Below are positions 1-13,750 of a DNA stretch of 64,000 nt, in pieces. A program made the translations under genes and the position numbers. Origin of the DNA: Kudoa neothunni (taxonomy: Eukaryota; Animalia; Cnidaria); assembly GCA_964304625.1 (NCBI GenBank), contig OZ199840.1:10755024-10819023 (forward strand), read 5' to 3'. Position 1 is the stretch's first letter; the number at the start of each line of letters is the position of its first letter. The notes beneath the pieces were generated by a model. The model searched no databases. It was not told the DNA's origin and saw only the letters and a program-made list of their open reading frames with translations.

Positions 1-1221
1 CCATCAAAAACGATACCAGATTTTATGCTATCTAAACGATCAGCTATAGTTGAAATGAAATGTTGTCATGTTAATAAATATATTCAAATCCGTCACAGAT
101 GTTAATATATTCGTCAAATTAACCAATTAACATATTTATTATTAATATAAAAATTATTATAAAATATTCTACATTTGTATTACTATCTAGATTCTAGAAT
201 AATCAAAACTAATAATATTAAAATGGACACTTTGAATATATACGCACGCACGCACGTGCAAATAATTTAAATTATTTTCCATAGAGTGACCGACTTTTCA
301 CTAAATTTTCCACCAAATTTTAAAACCTGTGTAAAATACACAATGAAAATATTTGAAATAAAATGAGTTCCATTTTACTTGGAATATGCTCGAATTTGAA
401 AGTACTCAGAAAATTAGTCACTGCATCCTGTCCAAAAATCACCAAAATATTTCCACATTATAAAATATTCTCCGTTGAATTATATATTTTATAAAACTCA
501 ATTGTTATTTATTACCTGTTGGAAAATAAAAACAGAAACAAAACCTGGAGTATTACATTAGGATTTAATTGAAACCTAATATTCAATAATTCATTATGAG
601 AGATTTGATTAATAGAAAATATCAAGAAAATAGCTGTAAAATCTTTGACAAATATCCCAAATCTCTCCGAAAACCAACGACAACCGACGACAACATCGAT
701 AAATGATGAGAGCGAATTTGTTAAGAATATAATTTTTATTCTCCTACAACTAGAAACTATCATATTCTATAAAAATGCGTCATTAGATCTTAAATAATTA
801 AACTAATAAAGAGGACGATTCATTGTAAGCCTAACTTTAGTTAACAATAACAATCAAATAATCAGTTAATATTGGTCTCAAACACCTATAATGATTGAAA
901 ATATCGCACATATGAAATATCGTAGTTATATTGTTCCTTGGGGTCGATGATACTTAACTTTTGCGGGTTGGATTAGCGTCATTATGTGCTCCATAATACT
1001 TAGTGTTTATCTAAGGATTAGAAAATCGACCAAACTACTGATTAGTTCAAATTTGGTCAATAAAAATTTATCACGCCTTAACAAAAACATAGCTACTGGT
1101 TATTGTTGTGTTTAATCAATATTAGGATTTGGTTTCAATACCCATAGACGGACATTGACCCATTCTTATAGCACGTGACCACCCTTAAACATCTATTGGG
1201 TTCCACACTCTAAACTACCAA

Positions 1222-2770
1222 ATGTGCGACAACACAACAATAGTGTTTAGAAACCATGGCTTGAAATGGAACACCAGTTCGGATGGTAACTTCTGTTCTA
1301 ATTGTTATCACAATGATATACTGTAACTGTAACAGTTGAGGAAATTGTGCGAAAGATAGTCAGCTGCTCACAATTGACATCGCTGACGTTGACAGGCAGC
1401 AGTTTAGGTGTCGAGGCAGCCGAAGCAATAGCCAAAGTGCTCACTAACAAATCATCACTGAGAGTAATCGATCATTCAACCGACAATGTTTGGCTCTTGT
1501 TTGTCACAACTTTGTTGTTTTATTTAGCATTTATACATGAATGATTTGTTCACCGGTAGAGACAAACACGAAATACCAAGTGCTCTGGTAGATAAATAAA
1601 ATTTCATTTCTAGAATGCGCGTTTCTAATAACTCCTATTCATGTGATAGGAGCACATTTTCGACGCTATTGTCCAATCGAAAGCTGCTATTGAAACTTTG
1701 GATCTAAGTGATAATGCACTAGGACCTCATGGAATGAAAGTGGTGAAAAGATTTCTACCTTCAATAGCCATCCATCTCAAGATTCTTATACTTAACAACA
1801 ATGGTTTGGGATCTCTTGGAAGCGAGGTATGCTCACTATTGTTTGTTGTCTTCTAACTCAATGGATGAAGTTATTATCGAATGCATTGGTTGAAGCTACC
1901 AACAACAACTCCAATGGTGATCGTCCGTTGCAACTTGTGGAGTTGTATTGTGGTAGAAATAGACTGGAAGATGAAGGTGCCAAAAACATCAGCAAAATAT
2001 TGAAGGTATCTTGTGGGTGTGTGAGAATGCCATTAGACAGTGAATGGTATGGTTAGAGTGTATCAACGTTGAAAGTTTTGAAGATGCCTCACAATGGCAT
2101 CCAACACAAGGGTATTGGCGAGTTGTGTCAATCCCTTACCAACAATCCTCTGTTGGAAGTATGTTGTGTTATTTTGTTGGTGGATGGAGATAGGATCTAT
2201 TTTATTGATTGTGTGTAGTGTTTGGATCTCAATGACAATATAATCACTGAAAAGGGTGCCAAATTTTTGGCCGACTCTATGCATACATTACATCATCTCA
2301 TGGAACTGGATTTGGGGGATTGTCTACTGCGTGATGGTGGTGGTGTTCACCTTTCATCAGCTCTCCAATCCACCAAATCTCCCCTCACAGTAACCACAGT
2401 TATTTATTGTTATTCAGCGTTAACGAATTATCCAGAAAATTAATATCACCTACAATGAACTGAGTGGTGACACTTTGAAGTCAATTGTGAATTCATTGGC
2501 GGAAAAAACCACAAAACTTTCGTTATTCCTTGATGGTAGGTAGCTACACTTAGTGGACGAAACTTATTTCTCTCTCCGATAGGTAATATGATTGGGAAAC
2601 GAGGAAGGTCTGCAATTTTGGATCTACTTAAAACTCAACAATCTATCACTTACGATGGCATTGAAAATGATGAGTCTACCGATGATGAGGAATTCTTCTC
2701 TGGTGTAGAAAGTGAAGATAAAACAGACGAATCCTTGGCGTCAGAATTCCGTAAAATGGGAATTAGTTAG
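1222..2770 (+). CDS. RANGAP1: Ran GTPase-activating protein (LRR), 9 exons
   Basis: Spliced by hand across short GT-AG introns (e.g. 1286-1335, 1464-1527, 1588-1649, 1827-1870, 2006-2056): MCDNTTIVFRNHGLKWNTSSDVEEIV...GSSLGVEAAEAIAK...DLFTGRDKHEIPSAL...LDLSDNALGPHG...LNNNGLG...CGRNRLEDEGA...HNGI...LDLNDN...LGDCLL. These are hallmark RanGAP motifs (DxFTGR, GRNRLE), followed by an acidic tail. Confidence 0.95.
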
Positions 2771-3739
2771 TTTTCCATGTTAACTTCAAATAGGTTATGT
2801 TTTTGATTCTGTACTGTGTGTATTTTAATCTGAATATCAATCTTTATCTTGATTATACCTTGTGTCTGTTAAATCACACAAATAAATGTCAAAATGATTA
2901 TCCAGCTGTTGGTTTAATTATTCTTTGATTTTGATTAGTAACGTTGGAATTAGATATGATGTTCTAACAAGATAATATCCTTAGTTTTCCTCACAGATCG
3001 GATTAACTTATTTTATGACCTTGCACTCTCAGAATCAATTAAACCCTCTTTTTATTGTTAACACAAATAGAACTGTAAATTATTTCTCTTTGTCGATATA
3101 GAAAGCGATTATAACCGATTTTATTCCAATGATAATCATTATCATTGTATAATTTTTATGGCGTTTCCATATGTTAATAAACCGTATTATGTGAATACAT
3201 GACGGAAAAATGTTTAAAAAATTGACGGTGATAATAACTGTTGACTTATGTTATGTTATGTAATGGAAATAAATTTATGAATTTTTTTTTAAATAGGATG
3301 ATTCTTGGCTCATAAATTTTATGATAAATAGATCATAGAAATATTCATTAGAATTATACATAGTAACTTATGGGTCGTACGTAATATCGTAGAAAACATA
3401 ATTTAATCAATATTTAGAAAATTAAACTTCCATCCCGTAAACTTAATAATATTAATAGCATATTATCTAAATTTGACTCCAGAAAAATTAAATTATCAAT
3501 AGTTTTTATGAATTTCGTATGTCGTGCTAAATTATGGATTGTGTGTAATAATTTTATTCCTAACTACTTAGATTATGGCATGTGCGGATAGATTTTTAAT
3601 TCATTCTCAAAATTTGAATTAATGAAATATTTTCAAAAGGTAGCGGGTAAATAAACCGCTAAATTTGAAACAATAAAGATCTTTGATGTAAAACCAACAT
3701 CTACCTTGAGTACTATTATAAGCATACAGATTAGTTGCT

Positions 3740-3975
3740 TTAAAATTGTAACGATGGTTTATTTCCAAATTAAGTAAAACTCTCACAGGAAAAAAATATG
3801 GAAATTGATCTACAAGTGAAAGAGTGGATTGAACTGGTAAGTGCAAAAAAGACACGTGGTTCTCGTTAAGTTTTTATCAGCACGGCTAGTGAATTCCTCA
3901 TGATTCCCCGCCATCAATACCCGTATCTACTAATTGGTTTATGGCTTTATCCAAAAATTTAACATTTCGCATAGT
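3740..3975 (+). mobile_element. Decayed pogo/Tigger CENP-B-type HTH remnant
   Basis: Interrupted translation KNMEIDLQVKEWIELV...STNWFYGFIQKFNI resembles the element at 33.4-35.4 kb (NDEIDQQVFEWL...YGWFRGFNER). A related remnant lies at about 12000-12190. Confidence 0.45.
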
Positions 3976-4753
3976 ACTTTTTGGTGAATTTTCAAATATT
4001 AAACTTGATAAGTGTGAGGGTTGGTCAAAATATAACCTAATTTATTAATTTTCTTGTTTGTTTTCGCGTATACAAAGTTGTGTCGTGAGTAATGATTTTG
4101 ATTTCCTTTTGAGTACGCAACACCCATAAGTCACTGTCACTGTCACTGTCACTGTATTTAATATCTTTTTTATTAAAAATAATTTGCCAATTTTAAGTCC
4201 GTCGAATGTGAAACTCAACAATTCGATAATAAAAAACATTTTTTTCATGTTTCAGTACGTTATTGCAGATATAAATGGATATTTAAAATGTTGAGTTGTT
4301 TTAGTCGTTAATGTCTCTAAATTCCATCTCATTATATGATTGTATGAATACCAGACTTTATATTTTACAATTTTAGATAAATAAATAAATAAATTTTTAT
4401 CACAAATATAAGAGATAAAATATAACGTTAATTTTTATTATATTTTTTGAGTGCAGTTCATTAGTTGTGAAATGTTATTTTTTACTTAATTGCTATGGAA
4501 ACAGCGAATTGATTTATAGTATTCATTTTTTGAATGCTATCAAACAGTTTTTATTATATCATTAGTATTACAATGCAGTCTCGCACTTCGACCATAATCC
4601 GCTCTAGAAGTGTGTTCAAATTTCGAACCAATTTTTCCCATGTAAAATAATGAAAATTAGTCTAATCCAAACCGCTCATCAAATAAATATTAAATATAAT
4701 AATAAAAATGAGATATACGATGTAACACACGCTCCGAATAGGGATTCGAGATC

Positions 4754-4910
4754 GCATTATTAGCATTAAAAGGCGGTGGTGCCATGCCGCTCTGCTCTCG
4801 ATCACGCATACGATTGGTTGATTACAACCCTTGTTATCCATACGTTATGTGTTATGTAGGATAAATATTTTTTGCTCGATATACGATAGGTTATAAAGGA
4901 TTTCCTTTCG
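4754..4910 (+). repeat. Dispersed ~155 bp repeat, copy 1 (copy 2 at 13190-13339)
   Basis: gcattattagcattaaaaggcg...gattggttgattacaaccctt...tacgataggttataaaggattt occurs at both positions in the same orientation. Confidence 0.85.
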
Positions 4911-5651
4911 GTGACGTTGTCACAGTTTGATTGAGCGAATCTCCTTCTAGAATCTCTTTTCTCCTCCGTTTTTTGCTTCAACTGGATTTGTCCTGTATAC
5001 CCCTTCTATGCATTCGAACTCAAGTGTTTCTGACTACAAATTTTTGGTCGAACTGTATTGTGAAAAATTCATTAAAATATTGGTATTTGGATATTTATTA
5101 CATTATAGGTTTAATAGGATTTTGGGAATAAAATATTTTTTCTATTTAATCTAAAATTTTGTTAAGAAATAGAAATAGTTTTTTAGGATTTCCTTATTTC
5201 AAGTTTTTTTATTGTTCTCTTCAATCTAATATTATTCCATTTAAATTGAAATAAATTGATAATTTTTGAATTCAGAAAACAACTTAAAAATTAGTAAATT
5301 AATAATTTATTAATAATAAATTATGCACGTTACTTTTCTATCGCTTTATAAATCTTCTCAAAAATATAATCGAAATGGATGAATATCAAAAATGGGAACA
5401 AAGTAAAACACACCCAATGTTTTGTAGTTTAAATGTCAATCATATGAATTTTTAATTTTTTAAAAATAGGACTATGAAACTTTGTACTAAAGTAACGGAA
5501 TAAAGTATTTATAGCATAAAATAATAGTTGATTTTTAAATATAATTGTTTGTTAAGGAGACGATGATAATTGTGTAATATAATAGGAACAAAATTCAAAT
5601 CCTAAACACATTTTTGCACATGCGCGCACTTATATTAACATTTAAAGGTGG

Positions 5652-6077
5652 ATGATTGGTTGGCTTGGAAATCTCACAAAAATATTAATACCTTCGTTAG
5701 TGAAAACTAACAATACTACTTTTTCGAAACACCTTCCAAATCTTTATCGTACACAAGTGTCTATCCAAAGAAAAATGCGCATTAACAGCACATTCTTCTT
5801 GGACAGAATGAAAAAGAGGCCTGACAAAGTGATAAAAACGCCATTTCGTAAAGGAATTGTCGTCAAGTTAATAAAAATGCGCCCCAAAAAACCAAATTCT
5901 GGTAATAGGCGTTGTGTGGTGGTGAGACTGAGTGACAACCAACTTGTGAAGGCCTACATTCCTGGTGAGAATGGTCAGGTGCAGGAACATGGCATGGTGC
6001 TAATTTATCCTCGTGTTAAACAAGATGTTCCTGGTTTAAAATATCGAGTTGTTCGACACAAGTTGGATATGAAATAA
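5652..6077 (+). CDS. MRPS12: Mitochondrial ribosomal protein S12 (uS12m), intronless
   Basis: S12 motifs KGIVVK...RPKKPNSGNRRC...VRLS...AYIPGE...QEH...QDVPG...VVR, with a basic N-terminal extension compatible with a mitochondrial presequence. Confidence 0.92.
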   Translation: MIGWLGNLTKILIPSLVKTNNTTFSKHLPNLYRTQVSIQRKMRINSTFFLDRMKKRPDKVIKTPFRKGIVVKLIKMRPKKPNSGNRRCVVVRLSDNQLVKAYIPGENGQVQEHGMVLIYPRVKQDVPGLKYRVVRHKLDMK

Positions 6078-7387
6078 TTTTGTATTTTTCATTTGTTTTA
6101 TTTTTTGTCATCACGCTAACTTTATTATGCTAAGAATTACAAATAATTTTTTGGGGGTAATATTTTAATTAAATTCTTAAAAATATATGATAATCTTTTG
6201 AGTTGGTGAATTTAGGTTAGTAGGTGTTTATTAAAATTGAAGTAATTGAGTTCTAGATCAAGTAATAAGGTTGGATTAAGAATCTCAAAACAACCTTTGA
6301 GTGTCATTTTTTACCTTTTCTTAAGCAAGTTTTCATAATTAAATGAAAGAATATCTAAAGCAAGGATTTGGCTAATTTTTATAACTTCAAATTTTGCAAG
6401 TGCCGAATCCCGAATACAACATCATCGGCACTTGCAAAATCTTCGTTAAGTTTCGAAAACTCACTCTATTATTCCTACATTGATTTCTAAATTAATTATA
6501 TGTCTTAAAAACATTTTTAATAATAATAAATTATCTTCTATATCATTATCTTCTATATCTATTATAAAGTTTTTACAAAGCTATTTCTATCAATTAATAC
6601 ATTTTTTAGTTTATATATTTTTTAGGTGACAATTTATTTGCATTAAAAGGAGTTAGAATCATTTTATCATTAGATTTTTATAGTAACCAAATGATAAGCT
6701 GTCTAATTTTATTATCAATTAATTTTTCGATACTTATTTTTTGAAAAATCTAAATTCGACAAATAAAAAGATGCATTTAACTAAAATAGTGCATGGTAGA
6801 CTTTATGTGTTTATCCTCATGTTTGTTGATAAGTATGGCTTGGAAAAATTTATATTTAATCTAATCTAATATGTTCACAATTAAGTATTATATTTTAAGG
6901 TTTCTATTTTATTAACTATGTAAAAAAACGTATATAAACTTATACAGGTTAATTGAATGGATTGTAGTACTTTTGGAGTTGTTTTGAGAGATTCTTCAAT
7001 ATAAGTATTTTCGACACCGAGTTGAGTTACATTGGGCTATTGACGCTAGTTTCCTTATATAGTAGGTATAAATGCACATTGTTTTAGTTAATCGCCCGAA
7101 ATGCCTCCCTCAGTATTGAAATTTCGAACGTTCAACAGTCTCGACACTCCCATTTTTAAACCTCTATTCGAGATGTTTTCCTGGAATATTGACGATGTGA
7201 AAAAAAGTTTAGATAATGGTGCTCTCTACTCTTGGAAGATGTCTAACATTAAGACCAAAGAATGAGATAATTTTCCATCCATATTTACCAAAGATGGAGA
7301 CGAAATATCCCAACTCAACTTTATTATTTTCATGAAATGCAATTGGTCGTCTAGATTTAAATCTATGATTAACAATCATCAACCAGA

Positions 7388-7487
7388 ATATATTTCACAT
7401 ATATTTATTTCACATATATTTCACATATATTTATTTCACATATATTTCACATATATTTATTTCACATATATTTCACATATATTTCAC
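7388..7487. repeat. Minisatellite of tttcacatata(ttta) units
   Basis: About 7 tandem units alternating between 11 and 15 bp variants. Confidence 0.9.
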
Positions 7488-9173
7488 TGCAAGTCCAAAT
7501 TTACATCATTATTAAAATCTACTCTCGTTAAGCTATATTTTTCGAGGTTTTTAATAAAATAAACACACAATTCAAACATTTTATGAAGTATAAAACTCAT
7601 AATAATTAAGTCCCTATGAAACAGTAACATTTGTTACGTAGTAACAAGCACTAGAATTTTCTATTAATAGAAAATCCCCACTATTTTGTCATTTAAAATT
7701 GTCTACATCACGCATTACATTTTCCATCACATTCCCGATTTTTAGAAATTGTGATAATAAATTAATATGTTCTAGAATCAACTAGATCGATTTGAATATA
7801 ATTATATAATTCGAATTGAGAAAAATTATTAAGAATACAGTTTCGTAGTATGAATAGCATCGAATATTTGTTATTATTTTCTTAAGGATTGGTTTATTAC
7901 TAGTATAAAATTTGCGGAGTCATAATTTCGATATATCTCAAAAATTGAACCTCCCCACACAAATCCATGAGTATGATTTCGTTCGTGTTTCATGTCAAAA
8001 TTTAGGCATGATATTTAATTCATGAAAACACGAACACGAACACGAACGAATACAAGAAGGCGCGCCGTCGATTAAGACTTGATTAAGATTTGATTAAAAT
8101 TGTAAAATACTGTTTTTTAATTAATTATCCGATGATATGCAGAGATTATTGAGTAAGTAATTGCATTACGGATAAAATCGGCCGTCTGATAAGGTACGTA
8201 ATTCGTTGCAACCATAGCTGGGCGTAATACTCTGAGTAGCATAGCAATAATCTGTCACTATCGACATTAACGATCACCTTAGTTTAATTAAAATGTGTAG
8301 GGTCGACAAGATTTTGAAATAATAATTCTTGTTTACTTGCTTTTTAATAGTTTTACGGTGATAATCCTGGTCAAAATTCGACAAAAAAATAATTTATTTT
8401 CGTACACTAAGCTACAAATGTTAACAAATCTACTCAATTTAGTTTCTTGGATATTAAAACCAAAATTTTGACACTGTATTAACATATAAAGCCCAGCAAA
8501 TGCGCTTAAGATAACTTAAATTACATAGAAACAAAAAATCTTAATAAAGTTATAATATTAAGTCGAATATAAATTATCACAGATGGACTTGACTTTTTGG
8601 GGGTCTAGACTTTTGAATGAAAAACCCCAAAAAGGCCAACGACAAACCAAAGTAGAACTCAGAAACTGCATCTTAATCTCTGTTTCCAGTCAAATAAATT
8701 TTTGTATTTCAGCTAATAAAAAATACAATTTACGTATTTTTATAACATTTCCAAACTCCTCTGCATTTTAATATGAAAAATACGCAACAAACACCACGAT
8801 CAAACAAGTATCGGTAATCGGCTTTTTAGCGAGAATAAACGAATTAATCACAATGTTAACTTTCTTCAGTGTTCTAAGTTAACAGACTCTAGCAATCAAT
8901 TATATGAACTTGTTTTTTTGTTGTAACTTTAAAAAATTAGGAACTCATTGAATTAAATCGGTTAGTAATAAATAGAGTGAGTTAATATGTGGAAAAATTC
9001 CACATCTAAAATCACAGTTATTATGATGATATTTAATCTTCTACAGAATTCCACATAACTTTTACGATTTAAACTATTTTTATTCAATATTTATAAATTG
9101 ACCTTATGATGCGCTATCATCCAGTTGTCAGATTATACAGAACCACGACGTTTTAAGCATAGTAACTGACAGA

Positions 9174-10070
9174 ATGCTGGATGGCGATGGTTTTGTTTCG
9201 AAACCCAGTTATTTTAGAATGCTCACACTTGTATGATATTATGGATTTTGTTTTTTTTTTTCGCTTGAAATTCAGCTGTAATATAATAGAAGCTGCGTAT
9301 GCTGATTGACAGCACTATTCCGTATGCGAAAGAAAGATGGACCTTTTGTGCATTATTGGCATGTGTTTATGTGTTGCGAGTCATGATATGGCCCGTAATT
9401 TTGTTATTTACCTCCTCTCCGACACGAATACCAATTTCAACATAATAGGGCTTTTTTTGTTATCACTTATGTGTTGGGAATATTTGCATTGAATATGTTT
9501 ATTGGATTCTTATCTCCAAAGATAACGCCCTGTATTTGCAGACGGTATATATTTTGTGTTTCGATGAGTGGTAACGGTGTGTTTAATTGATTGCCTAACT
9601 GGTTATGTTACCATATGACTGACTTATTTAATTACTAAATGAATAAATATATAAATTAGAGGGTGATTTACAATTACCAATAAGTGACGAAGAGTTCAGG
9701 ACCATTCATAAGAAAATTACCAGAATTTCACTTTTGGTTAATTTCTCATGTCTCCATTTTTTGGGGTGTTGTGATCTCGTTCGTTATTCTAGGTTGTCGC
9801 TCTGTATAGCAATAACGATTTCTCTAATATGTACATGTTTCTCTGTCTTTGATCTACCAGTGTATTGGCCGGGTACTTCTGTTCTACTTTGTAATACTAT
9901 TTTTCCTTACAATGAGAGAAAGAATCGAAGTAAACAATCAGTTCTATGCTAGACGATGATTTGTTCTAATATGATTTCTCCACTTGTAGCACATGGTCAA
10001 ATACAACTATCTTCCATTTAATATGAACAAAAAACGCTATCACACCTCACTTGACGCTGGAGGAAACTAA
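9174..10070 (+). CDS. RER1: RER1 Golgi-to-ER retrieval receptor, 6 exons; four +1 frameshifts as assembled
   Basis: MLDGDGFVSKPSYFRMLTL/KLRMLIDSTIPYAKERW.../FFVITYVLGIFALNMFIGFLSPK.../EEFRPFIRKLPEFHFW/...FDLPVYWPVLLFYF...TMRERIE/HMVKYNYLPF matches RER1 motifs once single extra bases are removed. Confidence 0.9.
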
Positions 10071-10637
10071 TGTGTGGTATCCAAGTATTAGAGCTTGCCG
10101 ACAATTTTTGAATTTTATTTGTAATTCATTATATTGAAATCATTTACAAGCGATTATTTGTTTTTTGATATATGCACAAAAATTTTATAATTGATGAGAT
10201 TTCACCCAAATCCCTTTATTTTTACAATTAATCCATATGAAACATATGAGTGTATCTATAAATAAACCGTTGCCACGCAGCAGTCTCCAACTAATTTCTA
10301 ATTTAATTGTGGTATTTTATAATTTTTTATTGAGGTTTATCCCAACTAGAAATAATAATAAATGTCGAGAGGGGTTTAATTATGCCCAGTGTCATTATCG
10401 TTGTTGGCTATATTAGGTTTGTAGATATTAAATACTTTATTTTTTTATTTTGGAACTATTGTAACTTATTGAAGATTTTCTTGTCGTTTCCAATATGCTA
10501 AAAGTTGTGACATACAGTAATTTATTAATCTGGCGCAATATCGCAACAAATATAAATTAATTAATTAGTATATAAAAAATTAAATTCTTCCCTGTAAATC
10601 TACCACATTGTTTAATTTTTTCGCCTATTTGATTTAA

Positions 10638-11975
10638 CCTTCTAAGTATCAATTAATTAGGGCCCTCGGGATATAACTCTGGTTCATTTGGACCTCAGAG
10701 TTTTTTTTTGGTTTCGTTTAATAATTGTGTTTTCTATCAATCTACTAAATTATAACTTTAAGAAATGTTTTCCCTAAAGCGTGCGCCAATATGCAATTCT
10801 CCTATATAAATAGGACCACTGATTATTTAAAATGACCGATATTGGAATTCGCTAGTAACTCCACTGACACATAATATAGATGCTGGATCTAATCAAAGGA
10901 AAATTTTACTTACGCCATATTTTATATATTGTCTAAAAGAGCAATCGCCTCTAAAAGAAACCAAATTGTTCATCACAAAATATATTTTCTCCGTAGTTAT
11001 AACTTTTGTTGGCCACGTTAACCTGAATGCTCCATATTTCTCTAATTTGGGGAAATTTCTCGTTCAGCTGCCATTCCTCCGTAGTTTCTGCGTTATCAAA
11101 GCGGAGCGCTCTTGTTAGTTGCTTGAATCTGTATAGGGAAAAAAATCGTTGTTATCCTCCTACCTTTGTCACAGCCGAAAATTTCAACAATAGGCTCTTG
11201 GTTATTCTCATGGATAGTTGTTTGCAATAAATAGTCAATAAAACCATGCATTTCATCAATATAAACATCCTCCGGTTATTTACATAATGATTCTTATAGC
11301 ACTGATTGGTATATTTAATTGTTCGTTCCACTATTTCCGTTGAGAAGAAATGATTATAACATCCTGCAATATTAAAGATCCTTTGCGTGACGTACATAAT
11401 CACACTTTGAAGAAAATTCGTTTTATTTTCTGCCGCCATCTTGGTTTTCTTTGGTTTGGCTGCATTCAATAATCTCAATAATTTGTTGTTTTTGTCTACG
11501 AGCAAAGCGTCATTTTCATCATTATCAGCACCAACAGTCTCTTTCAAATACACTAGATTGGGTCTTCTTTGTCATTAGGGTGAATATTATCCTAGCTACT
11601 TTTCGAAAGAAATCCATGCCTACACAATAGAAACTTGCACATGAGCGCTTGCGCGGAACAAAATTATTGGTTGGATTTTGTTATGTAAAATAGGTTTAAA
11701 TTCAATTTCCATTTAAGAATTATTGTAAATAATAATATATTTTTAAAATATCAAAAAAAATTCTGGGGTCCATTTGGACTCCAATTATACTCCGAAGATG
11801 TTTTTGTTATAAAATTTGTTATGACACATAAAAATTCCAATAAATCTATTAATCTTAAAATAAACGTGTTTTATGAGAATAGAAAAAGTTTGGATTCTAA
11901 TTATTATATAACGGCTGAGAGAACAGGATGGCAATCTCGTTTGGTGTCCAAGTGGACCCCACTTTACTTAAAGGG
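10638..11975 (-). mobile_element. Degenerate, internally deleted piggyBac transposon
   Basis: Flanked by TTAA (10634-10637) and TTGA (11976-11979). Ends are ccttctaagta and tacttaaaggg, with subterminal ggggtcca.ttggac repeats. The minus strand reads FFSTEIVERTIKYTN and RFKQLTRALRFDN...YGENIFCDEQ..SFRGDCSFRQY..KYG, with stops and frameshifts. Confidence 0.88.
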
Positions 11976-13189
11976 TTGAGAAATAATTTAAGAATGGGTG
12001 GGTAGAAATGTCAATATTGATCTACACGTAAAACGATGGATTGAATTGACGAAAGGAAAATATATAGGACCTTATCAATGTATTTTTAGCAGTAACGCTA
12101 ATGACATTCTTGGTGATGCACCACAAGCAACCACTATATTTACTTGCTGGTATTAGGAATTCTCAAAAGATTCAGCATTCCGCTCAATGCAATGGAGCAG
12201 GGATACTACGCACTTTTTTGAGACAAAGACTCGAGCGTGTAATAACCCTGCACTATTTAATATCTATGCTTTATTGCCTGCACATATATGGAAAAATTTA
12301 ACTTTGTAATGTGATTCAGAATTTTGATGTGATGGATCTTGAATAATTTCTCTATTTCTCTATTTCTTTTAGATTTTCTATTTAATTTGTTCAATTTTAG
12401 ACTAATTCTCGAAGCAAACTCATGGAAGTGTCCTCGACCGACAGTTATAGGAATGTTGTCTTTCGTGCCGTCCTTTATGCCATTGGCTAATTTATTTCCT
12501 TATTATATTGTACTCTTTGGATAGCTTTATATTCCTCGTTCTCGAAAGTTCGATCCATTTTCTTCATTCTTTTATCGAATAGTTTGAATTTTTTTCTAAG
12601 AGTTTTGCGATAAAATCTGAAAATATTGTTGATTTTATTGATACAATTGTATTTAGTGTGGTGACTTATTTAAGGCCGGAGCATCTAACGATGTTCGCTT
12701 TTGAGCCACTCTTAATTCCTAATTTTTCCAATTATTTAATAATCTACACGTTTTCTTCAAGTAAGCGATAATTTTTCCTATTTTCCCAAACGAAGAAATT
12801 ATTTCTTAATTTTATAATTAAATCTATTGATATATTTTACTCTTATCTCACGATTTATATCCGTAGTTATTTTGTATCTTTTGAATTTTTTACTCTATTT
12901 CTAAAAGTGCGCAATAACCATGCTATTGTTTATTTTTTAATGAGTGTAAAAATGTTAACAGTATTAATCTTGATAGCGAAGAATAAAAACCAACCTATAC
13001 GGAATACTTAAGAGTTCAGAGTCAGGGATATTCTCAATAAAAAGAAAACAATGTGGTATTAACAGCAAAAATAAATTATTAATATTTTTATGAGCATTTT
13101 TTATCTCACTTGGATGGAGAATATATGTTTGTGAATGAGATGAGAAAATCAGAATTGTTGCAAAGAATTCATAGAAAAATAATTGACCA

Positions 13190-13339
13190 GCATTATTAGC
13201 ATTAAAAGGCGGCGGTGCTATGTCGCTCTACTCTCGGTCACACATATGATTGGTTGATTACAACCCTTAGTATCCATATGTTACATAGGATATTTATTTT
13301 TTGGTCGACATACGATAGGTTATAAAGGATTTTCTTTCG
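13190..13339 (+). repeat. Dispersed ~150 bp repeat, copy 2
   Basis: Homologous to 4754-4910. Confidence 0.85.
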
Positions 13340-13750
13340 ATTATGTTTTTTCTCCACGAACCTCCGACTAAATAGGCTGAGCTAAGTGAATACGAACTAT
13401 TTAGTATATTAACCAAGTCTTTATTTATATTTATATTTATGATATTATGTTTTTAAGGTCTGTTTATATTACAGCCTAGAATATACGATCGACTACTTTT
13501 TAAGGGTGAAGACCTCACGGACGTTCCGAATTCAGTGTGCGAACTCAAGGTTAGTAACCATTGGGTTAAAAAAATGACAAAACTAGTTCAAAATAATTAA
13601 TATTTGAGTTTCTAATCACCCAAGAATATGTTAGTAAATTTAATTTTCAAAATAGGAAAACAAACATAACATGTAGATTTATATGATGCACATTATGCAC
13701 GATAGACAATGAAATCAGTCAACAAATATAAGATTATCATTTTTATCATT

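Noticed and set aside
1-1000. Possible minus-strand MFS-transporter-like gene (GCRWFSERFG, STIADRLD; ORF 512-763)
   Set aside because: I could not build a consistent spliced ORF; the motif similarity is too weak to call.
4128-4155. (gtcact)n and similar short repeats such as (cacgaa)n at about 8030
   Set aside because: Ordinary microsatellites.
4721-4924. Solo LTR reading of the dispersed repeat (tgtaac...gtcaca)
   Set aside because: No target-site duplication, and copy 2 does not share these ends.
7332-7562. ORF with HIFISHIFHIY repeats; CRISPR-like appearance
   Set aside because: It is a translation of a simple minisatellite with no unique spacers, in a eukaryotic context.
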